This document shows positions 18,302-28,599 of a stretch of DNA of 64,000 nucleotides, piece by piece. The stretch lies in NCBI GenBank assembly GCA_963705305.1, contig OY970067.1:1952001-2016000 (forward strand), written 5' to 3'. This stretch comes from an uncultured Methylomirabilota bacterium. GTDB lineage: Bacteria > Methylomirabilota > Methylomirabilia > Methylomirabilales > 2-02-FULL-66-22. Each line of letters begins with the position of its first letter. Positions within the stretch are counted from its first letter, which is position 1. The notes beneath the pieces are model-generated. The model saw nothing but the letters and a program-made list of their open reading frames with translations. It did not search any database and was not told where the DNA came from. The translations under genes and the position numbers were made by a program.

Positions 18302-19177
18302 ATGACAGATGTTCTTCAGCTTTTCATCGCCGGGATCTCGATTGGCTCCATCTATGCCATGGTGGCGATCGGTTTTGTCCTCCTGTGGCAAACCTCCAAT
18401 ACGATCAACTTCGCGCAGGGGGAGTTCGTGACCCTCCCGGCGTTCCTGATGGTACTGTTCTGGAGCGTGCTCAAACTGCCGTTCGCCGTCGCGCTGGTAT
18501 GCACGATGCTCGTGTCCGCCCTGCTTCTGGGTGTTGTGGTCAAAAAGGCCATGGTGGACCCACTCATCCACTTGGGAGTCTTGCCCCTGGTGATTGCCAC
18601 CCTCGGCTTGAGCATGCTGGTTCGCTACTCGCTGCAACAATTCTGGACCCCGTTGGCCCTTCCGTTCCCGCCAATCTTCTCGCGGACGGGGATCAAGGTG
18701 GGGAGCGTGATTTTCTCCGTCGAGCAGATCGGAAACGTGGTGTTTGTGGCGGCGATTACCGGGGGGCTCGAACTATTCATCTCGCGGACCAAAATGGGCT
18801 GGGGCATGCAGGCTGTGGCGCAGAACCGCCACCTCGCCCGGACCCTGGGCATCGATGTCTCCCGCCTGGTGCTGCTCACCTTCGTTCTCAACGCGGCACT
18901 AACGGCGGCTGCGGCCGTGCTCATCGCGCCCGTCTACCTCGTGAAGTACGACATCGGCATCGGCCTGGGCTTGAAGGCGTTCTACGCCGCGATCATCGGT
19001 GGGTTCAACCAGATCCGGGGCGCGCTCCTAGGGGGACTGCTGGTGGGCGTGGTCGAGACGTATTCGGCGGCGTACATCTCCAGCCAGTATCGGGACGCCT
19101 TTGCCCTGGTCATTTTGATTGCGGTCCTGCTCTTCAAATCCGAGGGCATCTTGGGAGTCAAGGAAGAATGGTCGTAG
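18302..19177 (+). CDS. livH: Branched-chain amino acid ABC permease
   Basis: GSIYAMVAIG, INFAQGE, AAIIGG. Confidence 0.92.
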   Translation: MTDVLQLFIAGISIGSIYAMVAIGFVLLWQTSNTINFAQGEFVTLPAFLMVLFWSVLKLPFAVALVCTMLVSALLLGVVVKKAMVDPLIHLGVLPLVIATLGLSMLVRYSLQQFWTPLALPFPPIFSRTGIKVGSVIFSVEQIGNVVFVAAITGGLELFISRTKMGWGMQAVAQNRHLARTLGIDVSRLVLLTFVLNAALTAAAAVLIAPVYLVKYDIGIGLGLKAFYAAIIGGFNQIRGALLGGLLVGVVETYSAAYISSQYRDAFALVILIAVLLFKSEGILGVKEEWS

Positions 19178-19190
19178 GGAGGAGACACCC

Positions 19191-20186
19191 ATGACGCGCC
19201 GGCGGATTCTGGGATTGCTGATCGCCATTACGGTGCTCCTCCTGCTCCCCCTGGGGCTGGAACAATACAAGCTTTACCTGGCCAGCCTGACCTTGGTGTA
19301 TCTGATAGCGGTGATCGGCCTGAACCTCACCCTTGGGTACGCGGGGCAGATATCGCTGGCCACGGCTGCCATGATGTCCTTTGGCGCTTACGCCGTTGCC
19401 CTCCTGGTCCCCCGAGGAATCCCGTTCGAAGTTGCGCTTCTCGCCGGGGCGCTCTTCGCCTTTCTCTGGGGATTGGTCCTGGGGTTTCCCGCCCTCAAGG
19501 TGAAGCATCACTACCTGGCCATGGTGACGCTCGGGTTCAACGTCATTGTCTATCTGGTGATCCGCAACTGGGAATCATTCACGGGCGGCTCCTTCGGCAT
19601 CAATGCCATTCAGCGACCCGCCTGGGGACCGCTTCGCTTCGCGTCGGACCGCGCCTACTACTATTACATCCTGGGCTGGACCGCGCTGGTTGTGGCGTCG
19701 GCCTACTGGATTCTCCATTCCAGGTGGGGTCGGGCATTCCGGGCCATCCGGGAAAACGAGATGCGCGCCGAGGTGGTTGGAGTGAACCTGCGGAACTACA
19801 AGCTGATGGCCTTCGCCATTGGCTCGTTCTATGCCGGGATCGGCGGGGCCCTGTTCGCCCCCCTCCTGACGTATATCGACCCCAGCGCATTCACCCTGGA
19901 TCGTTCGTTCCAAGCTCTGATCATGGTGGTCCTGGGAGGTCTGGGCCGATTCGAGGGGCCGTTCATCGGGACGGCGGCGGTGACTCTCCTGCCCGAGGCG
20001 CTCCGTGGCTCCGAGGGGCTCTACCTCATTATCTATTCGCTCTCGGTCATCCTGATGATGGTTTTCATGCCCAAGGGCTTGGTGACGTTCTGGGACTGGG
20101 CGGTCGGGTGGGCCTCCGGTCAAAAGCCTGGAATGGCCCAGCCGCCCGGCGTGGAGAAATCGGCTGCCGTTTGGCATTCGAAATAA
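19191..20186 (+). CDS. livM: Branched-chain amino acid ABC permease
   Basis: GLNLTLGYAGQISL, YLAMVTLGF, GRAFRAIRENE, MVVLGG. Confidence 0.92.
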   Translation: MTRRRILGLLIAITVLLLLPLGLEQYKLYLASLTLVYLIAVIGLNLTLGYAGQISLATAAMMSFGAYAVALLVPRGIPFEVALLAGALFAFLWGLVLGFPALKVKHHYLAMVTLGFNVIVYLVIRNWESFTGGSFGINAIQRPAWGPLRFASDRAYYYYILGWTALVVASAYWILHSRWGRAFRAIRENEMRAEVVGVNLRNYKLMAFAIGSFYAGIGGALFAPLLTYIDPSAFTLDRSFQALIMVVLGGLGRFEGPFIGTAAVTLLPEALRGSEGLYLIIYSLSVILMMVFMPKGLVTFWDWAVGWASGQKPGMAQPPGVEKSAAVWHSK

Positions 20187-20207
20187 TCCCGGCAAGGGAG
20201 AGCCAGG

Positions 20208-20945
20208 ATGCCAATGCTCGAGATTCGCGGCCTCAGCAAGCACTTCTTCCGGTTGCGCGCCGTGCAGGATGTGAGTTTCGGCGTCGAATCCAAGGAACTG
20301 CTGGGCTTGATCGGGCCGAACGGTTCCGGGAAGACGACCGTGTTCAACTGTGTGACCGGGATCCTCCCGGTCACGGGGGGACAGGTGTTGTTCAAGGGCG
20401 AGGACATTACCGGCAGCAACCCCGATGCCATCTATCATCGTGGGGTCGCCCGAACCTTCCAGCTCATCCAGCTCTTTCCGCAAATGACTGTGCTGGACAA
20501 CATGCTCATGGCAGGACAAGAGCGGAAGGGCACGATGCTGCGCCGCCTGCTGAGCCTGGATGAGACGGACGAGCGGGAGCGCGCGCTGAAGCTCTTGGAG
20601 TACCTGGATCTCTTCGCGGCGAAAGACGGCCTGGCAGCCAACCTGTCGTATGGGGAGCAGAAGATCCTGGACTTCGGCATGGCGCTTATGTCCGACCCCG
20701 AGATCGTTCTCCTGGATGAACCCATGGCCGGCGTCAACCCGACTGTCGTTAAACGGCTGGTCGGCTATATCCGAGATCTCAATAAGCGGGGAAACACCTT
20801 CGTGGTCATCGAGCATAACATGCAGGTGGTGATGTCCCTGTGCCAGCGCATCGTAGTCCTGAGCCAGGGGGAGAAGATCGCGGAAGGGACCCCTGAGGAG
20901 ATCCAGAAGAACCCGCTGGTCATGGAAGCCTACTTTGGGAGTTAG
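20208..20945 (+). CDS. livG: ABC ATPase
   Basis: GPNGSGKT, ARTFQ, LSYGEQK, LLDEP, IEHNM. Confidence 0.93.
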   Translation: MPMLEIRGLSKHFFRLRAVQDVSFGVESKELLGLIGPNGSGKTTVFNCVTGILPVTGGQVLFKGEDITGSNPDAIYHRGVARTFQLIQLFPQMTVLDNMLMAGQERKGTMLRRLLSLDETDERERALKLLEYLDLFAAKDGLAANLSYGEQKILDFGMALMSDPEIVLLDEPMAGVNPTVVKRLVGYIRDLNKRGNTFVVIEHNMQVVMSLCQRIVVLSQGEKIAEGTPEEIQKNPLVMEAYFGS

Positions 20946-20947
20946 GC

Positions 20948-21658
20948 ATGGCCCTGCTGGAAGTCGAGAACATTTACGCCGGATATGGTAAGTCGGAAGT
21001 TCTCCACGGCGTCAGCCTGAAGGTGGAGGCAGGGCAGATCGTCTCCATCATCGGTCCCAATGGGGCCGGCAAGTCCACGTTGTTCCTGACCGTCTTCGGT
21101 CTCCTTCCGGTCCGGCAGGGCCGTGTGGTCTTCGCCGGGGAGGAGGTCACGAATCGGCCGCCCGAGCTGCTCCTCCGCCGAGGGATGGCCTTGGTTCCTC
21201 AGGGGCGTAACGTGTTTCCGTTGATGTCGGTGGAAGAGAATATCCTCCTGGGCGCCTACATCCATAAGCGCACGGCTGAACTGCTGAAAGAGCTGGATCG
21301 GGTGTACGAGGTCTTCCCAATCTTGCGCGAGAAGCGGAATGAGCGAGCGAGCGATCTGTCCGGCGGTCAGCAGCAGATGCTGGAAATCGGCCGCTCGCTC
21401 ATCCTCAAGCCCAAGCTGATGCTCCTCGACGAGCCGACGCTGGGACTGGCTCCGCTGGTGTTCAAGCAGATCTTCGAGATCATCGTCCGTTTCAAGCAGC
21501 AAGGCCAGACCATCCTCTTGGTGGAGCAGAACGCGGCCAAGGCGCTGGAGATCTCCGATCGCGCGTACGTGATCGAGGTGGGCATGATTCGGTACGAGGG
21601 GTCGGGCGAGGTCATCCGAAACGACGAACGGGTCAAACGCCTGTACCTCGGCGGCTGA
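20948..21658 (+). CDS. livF: ABC ATPase
   Basis: GPNGAGKS, VPQGR, LSGGQQQML, LDEPTLGLAP, VEQNA. Confidence 0.93.
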   Translation: MALLEVENIYAGYGKSEVLHGVSLKVEAGQIVSIIGPNGAGKSTLFLTVFGLLPVRQGRVVFAGEEVTNRPPELLLRRGMALVPQGRNVFPLMSVEENILLGAYIHKRTAELLKELDRVYEVFPILREKRNERASDLSGGQQQMLEIGRSLILKPKLMLLDEPTLGLAPLVFKQIFEIIVRFKQQGQTILLVEQNAAKALEISDRAYVIEVGMIRYEGSGEVIRNDERVKRLYLGG

Positions 21659-21775
21659 AAGGCCGAGCGCTGCGCCGTGGGGTTTCAGAGTCAAGGGCGG
21701 GTTGCACGAACAGGGAGGTCATGGACAGAAACAGGGGGTCGGTGGGCGACTGACCTGCTCGAACGGAGGAGCCAC

Positions 21776-22240
21776 ATGTCCGCTGTGCACTACTACGAGG
21801 ATGCGAAGGTGGGGGATGAGTGTGTGACTCCCGCGGTCACAATCACCGATGCGCATATTCTGGCGTATGCGGGCGTCTCTGGCGACCACTCGCCTCCCCA
21901 CGTGGACGATGAGTACGCCCGGACCAGCGCATTCGGCGCCCGGGTGGCCCACGGGCTGCTGGGCCTGGCGGTCACCGACGGGCTGAAGACCCAAGCCGAG
22001 TACCGCTTCCCCCCCGGCATGTCCCTGGGGTGGACGTGGGATTTCACCGCGCCCATCAAGATCGGGGATACGGTCCACGTGAAGTTTCGCGTGGCGAGCA
22101 TGCGCACGACCAAGAAGCCGGCCTGGGGGATTGTCTACCTGGCCACGGAATTGATCAACCAGCGGGGCGAGGTAGTTCAGCGGGGGGAGCACCGCCTGAT
22201 GATTCCCCGCCGGGCCGCCAGCCCCCAGGGCGGGGCATAA
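21776..22240 (+). CDS. MaoC family (hot-dog) dehydratase
   Basis: SGDHSPPHVD..FGARVAHGLL, PIKIGDTV, NQRGEVV. Confidence 0.9.
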   Translation: MSAVHYYEDAKVGDECVTPAVTITDAHILAYAGVSGDHSPPHVDDEYARTSAFGARVAHGLLGLAVTDGLKTQAEYRFPPGMSLGWTWDFTAPIKIGDTVHVKFRVASMRTTKKPAWGIVYLATELINQRGEVVQRGEHRLMIPRRAASPQGGA

Positions 22241-22302
22241 CTCAATTGGCGAGTGCGTCGGACACCGGTGAATCCGAATGCTCCGATAGGCTGCGAGGAT
22301 CG

Positions 22303-23535
22303 ATGATGCCAAGTCAGCCCCTTCCCCTGGAAGGCATTCGTGTAATCGACTTCACGCATTTCTTGGCCGGGCCGTACCTCACTCGATGCCTGGCGGCATT
22401 CGGCGCCGAGGTCATCAAGGTGGAACGTCCCACAGCCGGCGATGAGGCACGCACCCATCCCTACCTCATCGAGGGGCAGAGCGGCTACTACATCCAGCAG
22501 AACATGGGCAAGAAGGGGCTGTGCCTGAATCTCAAAGATCCCCGGGGTCTGCAGGTGCTCCATAAGCTTGCGCGGGCCTCGGACGTCTTCGTCGAGAACT
22601 ATCGACCGGGTGTCCTCGAGCGGCTACGTTTGGGATACGCGGAACTGTCTGCGCTTAATTCTGCTTTGATCTACTGCTCCGTCTCCGCCTACGGCCATAC
22701 CGGTCCTGACGCCGGTCGGCCGGGATACGGGCTCATCGGCGAGGCGAAGAGCGGGGTCATGGATCTCGTTGGGACGCCCGGGCAGGCGCCGCCGTTGCTG
22801 CGTGTGCCTGTCGCCGACATGTTCGCGGGCATCCATGGAGTAGCAGCGGTCTGCGCGGCGTTGGTGGGCCGGCAAACCACACAGCGGGGCCAGCACATCG
22901 ACATGGCGCTCTACGACTGCATGGTAGCGCTGCACGAGTTCGCGGTGCAGTGTTACACCTTGAGCGGCGGCAAGGAGATCCTGGAGCGCAGTGGGTCCGA
23001 TCTGCCGCAATCCACGCTCTATGGAGTTTTCGAAGCGCGCGACGGCTACCTGGGGATCGCTGCCCAGGTTGATGATGCATGGAAACGGCTGGCCCGACTC
23101 GTAGGAGGAGAGACGCTGGCAGCGGATCCCCGATTCCACAGCCTGGCAGGCCGGAACGCCCATCGGAAGGAATTGCTGGCGCGCGTGCAAGAGTGGGTGT
23201 CGGCTCAGCCAACCCGCAAAGAATGCGTGGCGGCCTTGGACTCGGCCGGCGTGCCATGTGCCCTAGTGCAACGCATCGACGAGGTGGTAGCCGATCCCCA
23301 GATCCGGGCGCGCGGCATGCTCTTTGAGCAGGAGCATCCCGTCCTGGGCCGCATCACCATGCCCAATGTGCCGTTCAAGTTCTCAGACGTGGATGTTACA
23401 CCGCGTCGGCCGGCGCCGCTGCTGGGTGAGCACAATCGGGAAATCCTCGCGACCACCCTGGGGTATTCGGGGGCCGAGGTAGAGGCCCTGGAGCGGGACG
23501 GCGTCCTGTACGCCGAAACCGCAGTGCACCGGTAG
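22303..23535 (+). CDS. Family III CoA transferase (CaiB/BaiF)
   Basis: PLEGIRVIDF, LAGP, GAEVIKVE, ENYRPG, catalytic D in PVADMFAG, APLLGEH. Confidence 0.93.
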   Translation: MMPSQPLPLEGIRVIDFTHFLAGPYLTRCLAAFGAEVIKVERPTAGDEARTHPYLIEGQSGYYIQQNMGKKGLCLNLKDPRGLQVLHKLARASDVFVENYRPGVLERLRLGYAELSALNSALIYCSVSAYGHTGPDAGRPGYGLIGEAKSGVMDLVGTPGQAPPLLRVPVADMFAGIHGVAAVCAALVGRQTTQRGQHIDMALYDCMVALHEFAVQCYTLSGGKEILERSGSDLPQSTLYGVFEARDGYLGIAAQVDDAWKRLARLVGGETLAADPRFHSLAGRNAHRKELLARVQEWVSAQPTRKECVAALDSAGVPCALVQRIDEVVADPQIRARGMLFEQEHPVLGRITMPNVPFKFSDVDVTPRRPAPLLGEHNREILATTLGYSGAEVEALERDGVLYAETAVHR

Positions 23536-23637
23536 CGCAGGGAGATCATCAACGCGGACACTTACCCCAGTCTCTTCTCGCTGTTCAGCGTGGGGGTCAT
23601 CCCTTTGCCCAATCGCATCGCTTCAGGGGTATTCTGC

Positions 23638-24726
23638 ATGAAGACTAGATTGACAGACTTACTCAACACGAAATTCCCGATTGTCCAATGCGGTATGGCC
23701 TCGGTCGCCTCTACAACTTTGGCCAGCGCTGTCTGTAAGGCGGGAGGCCTTGGCATTCTGGCTGCCGCCGGCCAGTCCGCCGAAGAATTGCGGACCGAGA
23801 TACGCCAAATGAAAGAAATGACTACCGGCAAGTTCGGAGTAAATCTGGTGCCGGTGGCACCCCGATTTCCCGTTCACTTCCGTGTTGCCTTAGAAGAAAG
23901 AGTGCCCGTCATGTGCTCCGGCCTGCGAAACCCATTCACCCTGATGAATACCAAAAAGCCGGAGGGGATGCTCTATGTTCCCACCGTGGGCAGTCTCAGA
24001 CAGGCGTTAAGCGTAGAGCGCGGGGGTGCCGATGCCGTTATCGTCCAAGGATGGGAAGCCGGCGGGCACGCGAGTGATGTGTCCTCGATGGTGCTCATAC
24101 CCGAGGTAGCCGAAAATGTTAAGATCCCGGTTATCGGAGCGGGTGGTTTTTGCGATGGCAAAGGCCTGGCGGCGGCACTTGCGCTCGGAGCTGAAGGGAT
24201 TGCGATGGGTACCCGCTTTGCCATTACTCAGGAGAGCCCGATTCCAGCCGTGCTGAAAGACGTGTATATAAAGTCAAATACGGCGGATGCCGTAGTGAGT
24301 GCCGTCTGGGATGGGTTCCCCATGAGGGTGCTGAGAGGCGAGAAAATGAAACATTATAAGGGGTGGTGGACACACCCCTGGGACTTGCCTTACTTCTTTT
24401 TTTCCGCCAAGAGAGCCTACCGTGCTAGTTGGCGGGAAATGATGGCGGCCGCAAGGGGCGCCAAACTGGTGCACGCCTCCCTTCCGCAATACCTGATCGG
24501 CATGGAGAAGAATCGCTTAACCATCGTTACAGGGGACATTCGGAAAGGGTTCTCCCCATCAGGACAGGTGGTCGGCCGCATTAAAGACATTCCGACCTGC
24601 GGTGAGCTGATGGAGCGCGTCGTCACCGAGGCTGATGCAATTTTAAGAAAGATCTCAGCCGATTATCAAATGACAAACCGTCTAGGTGTCCGACAAACCG
24701 CAGCGGCCCCGGAAATGCGAGGGTGA
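23638..24726 (+). CDS. FMN-dependent nitronate monooxygenase / FabK-like enoyl reductase
   Basis: PIVQCGM, AGGLGIL, QGWEAGGH, PVIGAGG, GIAMGTRF, GQVVGRI; visibly more AT-rich codons. Confidence 0.9.
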   Translation: MKTRLTDLLNTKFPIVQCGMASVASTTLASAVCKAGGLGILAAAGQSAEELRTEIRQMKEMTTGKFGVNLVPVAPRFPVHFRVALEERVPVMCSGLRNPFTLMNTKKPEGMLYVPTVGSLRQALSVERGGADAVIVQGWEAGGHASDVSSMVLIPEVAENVKIPVIGAGGFCDGKGLAAALALGAEGIAMGTRFAITQESPIPAVLKDVYIKSNTADAVVSAVWDGFPMRVLRGEKMKHYKGWWTHPWDLPYFFFSAKRAYRASWREMMAAARGAKLVHASLPQYLIGMEKNRLTIVTGDIRKGFSPSGQVVGRIKDIPTCGELMERVVTEADAILRKISADYQMTNRLGVRQTAAAPEMRG

Positions 24727-24785
24727 GGGCCCAGCGTCCTGTCCCGGTGGTTTGTGACACAAATTCTGCACGCGGAGTGGCGATT

Positions 24786-24822
24786 CGGCGTCCTGTACGC
24801 CGAAGCCACGGTGCGGCGGTAG
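24786..24822 (+). repeat. Diverged copy of the 3' end of the CaiB gene (direct repeat with 23499-23535)
   Basis: 19 nt identical CGGCGTCCTGTACGCCGAA; GVLYAEATVRR* vs GVLYAETAVHR*. Confidence 0.8.
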
Positions 24823-24998
24823 CGTGGGGGAGATGACGCCGCACTCCGGATCCGATGAGTCGCCCCGAGCCGTGGAAGCCCGGGAGGGACGATGCGAAGA
24901 GCGCTCGCCGCGAGCAGAGTCGATCTCGGCGTTGAGATCGATGCGCTGGTGACCAGTGCGGGCGCGCGATTTGAGACTTGTGAAACACCACGGGAGGT

Positions 24999-25868
24999 GT
25001 GAATGAGATGGTCGCTCAACTGCTGATTAAGGGTCTATCGCTTGGCGCTATCTATGCGGTAATCGCGATCGGCTTCTGCTTGCTGTGGCAGACCTCCCGA
25101 CTGGTAAACTTTGCGCAGGGAGAGTTCGTCACCGTCCCCGCCTTCCTCATGCTGCTCTTCTACACTGTCCTCAAGGTCCCCTTGCCGCTTGCCATCCTCT
25201 TCGGGATCCTTGGCGCGGTTCTCCTTTTGGGGCTGGTCGTCAAGAAAATCCTGGTCGATCCGCTCATTGTGAGAGGCCTCATGTTGTTTGTCGTCGCCAC
25301 CATTGCGTTCAGCTCTCTCATCAAGGATTCCCTCACCCTCTTTGTGACACCCGAGGCGCTGGCCTTCCCGGCCATGATTCCCCAGAAGCCTCTCCAGTAT
25401 GCGGGGGCGATGTTCTCCTCCCTTGATCTCTGGAACATCCTCGTGGCGGCTGTACTGATCATGAGCCTGCATCTGTTCATTCGAAGGACGAAATCGGGCA
25501 AGGCCTTACAATCTGTGGCCCAGAACCGCGAGGCGGCAGAGATCATGGGGATCGATGTCGAAAAGATGATTCTGCTCGCCTTTACCATCAATGCGGTGCT
25601 GGCCGCCTTTGCCGCAGCATTGGCAGCTCCGATCTACATGGTCAAGTACGACATGGGATATGAGCTTGGCCTCAAGGCCTTCTACTCGGCCATCATCGGT
25701 GGATTCAATCAGGTCAGGGGGGCCTTGTTGGGCGGGCTTCTGGTGGGGCTGATCGAGACGTTTACCGCCGCCTACATCTCGACACAGTACAAATCGGGAT
25801 TTGTCCTGATCGTGCTGATCGTCGTGATTCTCTTCAAGCCGGAGGGTTTGCTGGGTACCAAGGAATAG
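24999..25868 (+). CDS. livH: Branched-chain amino acid ABC permease (second set)
   Basis: GAIYAVIAIG, VNFAQGE, SAIIGG; paralog of 18302. Confidence 0.92.
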   Translation: MNEMVAQLLIKGLSLGAIYAVIAIGFCLLWQTSRLVNFAQGEFVTVPAFLMLLFYTVLKVPLPLAILFGILGAVLLLGLVVKKILVDPLIVRGLMLFVVATIAFSSLIKDSLTLFVTPEALAFPAMIPQKPLQYAGAMFSSLDLWNILVAAVLIMSLHLFIRRTKSGKALQSVAQNREAAEIMGIDVEKMILLAFTINAVLAAFAAALAAPIYMVKYDMGYELGLKAFYSAIIGGFNQVRGALLGGLLVGLIETFTAAYISTQYKSGFVLIVLIVVILFKPEGLLGTKE

Positions 25869-25906
25869 TCCGCACCCTAACAGAGCTGTCGGCGAAAGGG
25901 ATTCGT

Positions 25907-26887
25907 ATGGAAAATGTTCAACGCAGGATGGAAGCACGACATGTGCTCATTGGATGGCTCTGCACGCTCGCTGCTCTCCTGATCCCGGTGCTTTTTTTTA
26001 GATCGCAGTACCTCCTGTATATATGCAGCCTCACTTGCATTTATATGATCGGCGCCACCGGCCTGAACATTATCTTGGGCTACGCAGGCCAGATATCCCT
26101 GGCGCATGCCGCGTTCTATGGAATTGGAGCCTACGTCGTTGCCCTCGGAGCTCCTACCGTCTCGTTTTGGATTGCGCTTCCTTTGGCGGGGCTTGTGTGC
26201 TTTGTGATCGGATTGGCCCTCGGCTTTCCGGCGTTGCGGGTGAAGACGCATTTTCTGGCCATGGTGACCCTGGGGTTCAATATCATTGTGTACCTCATTC
26301 TCATCAACGAACAGAAGTGGACGGGAGGTCCATACGGGATATTTAATATTGAGCGGCCCAAAGTCGGTCTCCTGGCCTTCACTTCCGCTCGTGGATATCA
26401 GGTCCTCGTCGCCGTGGTGACGTGTGTGCTCCTGTTTCTCGCCTTTTGGCTCTTGAACTCGCAATGGGGGAGAGCCTTCAAGGCCATTCGGGAAAACGAG
26501 GCGCGAGGAGAAATGCTCGGCGTGAACGTACGCAATTATACCCTGATGGCGTTTGCCATCGGATCGAGTTTTGCCGGTCTTGGTGGAGCTTTGATCGCAC
26601 CACTCTTTGGCTATATTGATCCCACGATGTTTGCCCTGGGGTTCTCGTTCCAGTTTCTTCTCATGGTGGTCGTCGGAGGTGTCGGAAGATTCGAGGGTCC
26701 GCTGATCGGGGCGATGATCGTCGTGATCCTGCCCGAGTGTCTGCGGATTACGGACAAACTGTTCCCGATTCTCTATGCGCTGGCCGCTATGCTCATCTTG
26801 ATCTTCATGCCCAAAGGGATGGCAAGTGTGGTTGATTGGGGATACAAGAAATTGACGGGGAAGAATGAGTTGCTGCTGACGAAATAG
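25907..26887 (+). CDS. livM: Branched-chain amino acid ABC permease (second set)
   Basis: GLNIILGYAGQISLAH, GRAFKAIRENE. Confidence 0.92.
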   Translation: MENVQRRMEARHVLIGWLCTLAALLIPVLFFRSQYLLYICSLTCIYMIGATGLNIILGYAGQISLAHAAFYGIGAYVVALGAPTVSFWIALPLAGLVCFVIGLALGFPALRVKTHFLAMVTLGFNIIVYLILINEQKWTGGPYGIFNIERPKVGLLAFTSARGYQVLVAVVTCVLLFLAFWLLNSQWGRAFKAIRENEARGEMLGVNVRNYTLMAFAIGSSFAGLGGALIAPLFGYIDPTMFALGFSFQFLLMVVVGGVGRFEGPLIGAMIVVILPECLRITDKLFPILYALAAMLILIFMPKGMASVVDWGYKKLTGKNELLLTK

Positions 26888-26899
26888 ATAGGAGCCCCG

Positions 26900-27652
26900 A
26901 TGACTTCCAAGAGAGCACTCGAGGTTATGGGCTTGGAGAAACACTTTCAAGGGTTTGCGGCCTTAAAAGGGGTGGACTTGTACGTAAATGAAGGGGAGCT
27001 ATTTGGGCTCATAGGCCCGAATGGCTCGGGGAAAACGACCTTCTTCAACTGCGTGACAGGAGCTCTCAAATGCACGCGGGGGAAGGTGCTCTTCCAAGGA
27101 AAGGATGTCACAAATAAACCCCCGTATGCGCTTTACAGGATGGGGATTGGCAGGACATTTCAACTGATCGAGGCGTTTCCCCAGATGACGGTGCTGGACA
27201 ACATGCTCCTGGCGATTCAGGAGGGACAGGGCAGCATGTTCAGCCGCCTCTTTAAGTTCCGAGAGGATTCGAACGAAGCCAGGGCCGTCGAGTTGTTAGA
27301 GTTTCTGAGAATCGCGGTAGTCAAGGGCGAGTATGCAAGGGATCTCTCGTACGGCCAGCAGAAACTGCTGGATTTTGGCATGGTGCTGATGTCCCAGCCG
27401 AGGCTGATTCTCCTGGATGAGCCGACGTGCGGTGTAGAGATCGAGATGCGGGAACAGATGATGCACTATATCAGGGAGCTGAACAAGCGTGGCCATACGA
27501 TCGTTGTGATCGAGCATAATATGGATGTGGTGATGGGCCTGTGCGAGCGAATTGCCGTCCTGGATGCCGGAGAGAAGATCGCGGAAGGAAGCCCGGCAGA
27601 AATTCAGAACAACCAGAAGGTCATCAATTCGTACTTCGGGGCGGAGGAATGA
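26900..27652 (+). CDS. livG: ABC ATPase (second set)
   Basis: GPNGSGKT, LSYGQQK, LLDEP. Confidence 0.93.
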   Translation: MTSKRALEVMGLEKHFQGFAALKGVDLYVNEGELFGLIGPNGSGKTTFFNCVTGALKCTRGKVLFQGKDVTNKPPYALYRMGIGRTFQLIEAFPQMTVLDNMLLAIQEGQGSMFSRLFKFREDSNEARAVELLEFLRIAVVKGEYARDLSYGQQKLLDFGMVLMSQPRLILLDEPTCGVEIEMREQMMHYIRELNKRGHTIVVIEHNMDVVMGLCERIAVLDAGEKIAEGSPAEIQNNQKVINSYFGAEE

Positions 27653-28365
27653 TGCTACAGATCAAGGAGCTCGTTTCCGGTTACGGGAAGTCGGAAGTCC
27701 TCCGCGGCGTGAGTCTGGATGTCAAAAAGGGGCAGATCGTCACGATTATCGGGCCAAACGGAGCAGGCAAGACGACACTGTTCCGGACCATCTTTGGCCT
27801 CCTGCCGGCCAGAAAAGGGCAGCTCCTGTTCGAGGAGGAGGACCTATCGAAATTATCGCCCTTGGCACGGTTGAAGAAGGGCATCGCGCTCGTCCCGCAG
27901 GGAAGGATGGTCTTTCCATACTTGACCGTCCTGGAGAATATGGAGATGGGGGCGTATACGGTCAAGAACGAGAAGCAGATCCAGGAGAGAATGGAGGAGT
28001 GCTACAGGCTATTCCCGGTTCTGCAGGAGAGGAAGCACCAGCGGGCAGGGACTCTCAGCGGCGGGGAGCAGCAGATGCTCGTGATCGCCCGGGCCCTGAT
28101 GAGCAAGCCCCGGTTCCTGATGCTGGACGAACCCTCGCTCGGGATTTCGCCACGTCTCGTCAAGGACATCTTCAAAACCATCCATATCATCAATCAAAAC
28201 GGGGAAACGACGATTGCCCTGGTTGAACAGAATGCCAACATTGCCTTGAAGGCTGCCCACTACGGGTATGTCATTGAGGGGGGCCAGGTGAAAATGAGCG
28301 GGTCGGCCCAGGACCTGCTCAACGATGAACGGGTAAAACATACCTATCTTGGGAAAAAAACATGA
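27649..28365 (+). CDS. livF: ABC ATPase (second set)
   Basis: GPNGAGKT, LSGGEQQML, VEQNA; ATGA overlap with livG. Confidence 0.93.
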   Translation: MMLQIKELVSGYGKSEVLRGVSLDVKKGQIVTIIGPNGAGKTTLFRTIFGLLPARKGQLLFEEEDLSKLSPLARLKKGIALVPQGRMVFPYLTVLENMEMGAYTVKNEKQIQERMEECYRLFPVLQERKHQRAGTLSGGEQQMLVIARALMSKPRFLMLDEPSLGISPRLVKDIFKTIHIINQNGETTIALVEQNANIALKAAHYGYVIEGGQVKMSGSAQDLLNDERVKHTYLGKKT

Positions 28366-28599
28366 TCCCCTGAATACCCGAATATAGGGAAGGAATGCCG
28401 GTGCGGCCCCTGGAATGCGCACCTGACGAGCGATTGTTCACCGGGTGTGGAATCGAGGATGGACGCCTTGGAATGAGGGCGGCTTGATGACCTCTGGAGG
28501 AGGAGGTGGTGCGATTGGAGGGCGCAAGGTGAGGAATCGGATAAACGTCATGAACTGTGCATACAATCAGCCGGGGTGCATGCGGGAAAGGAGAGGGCA

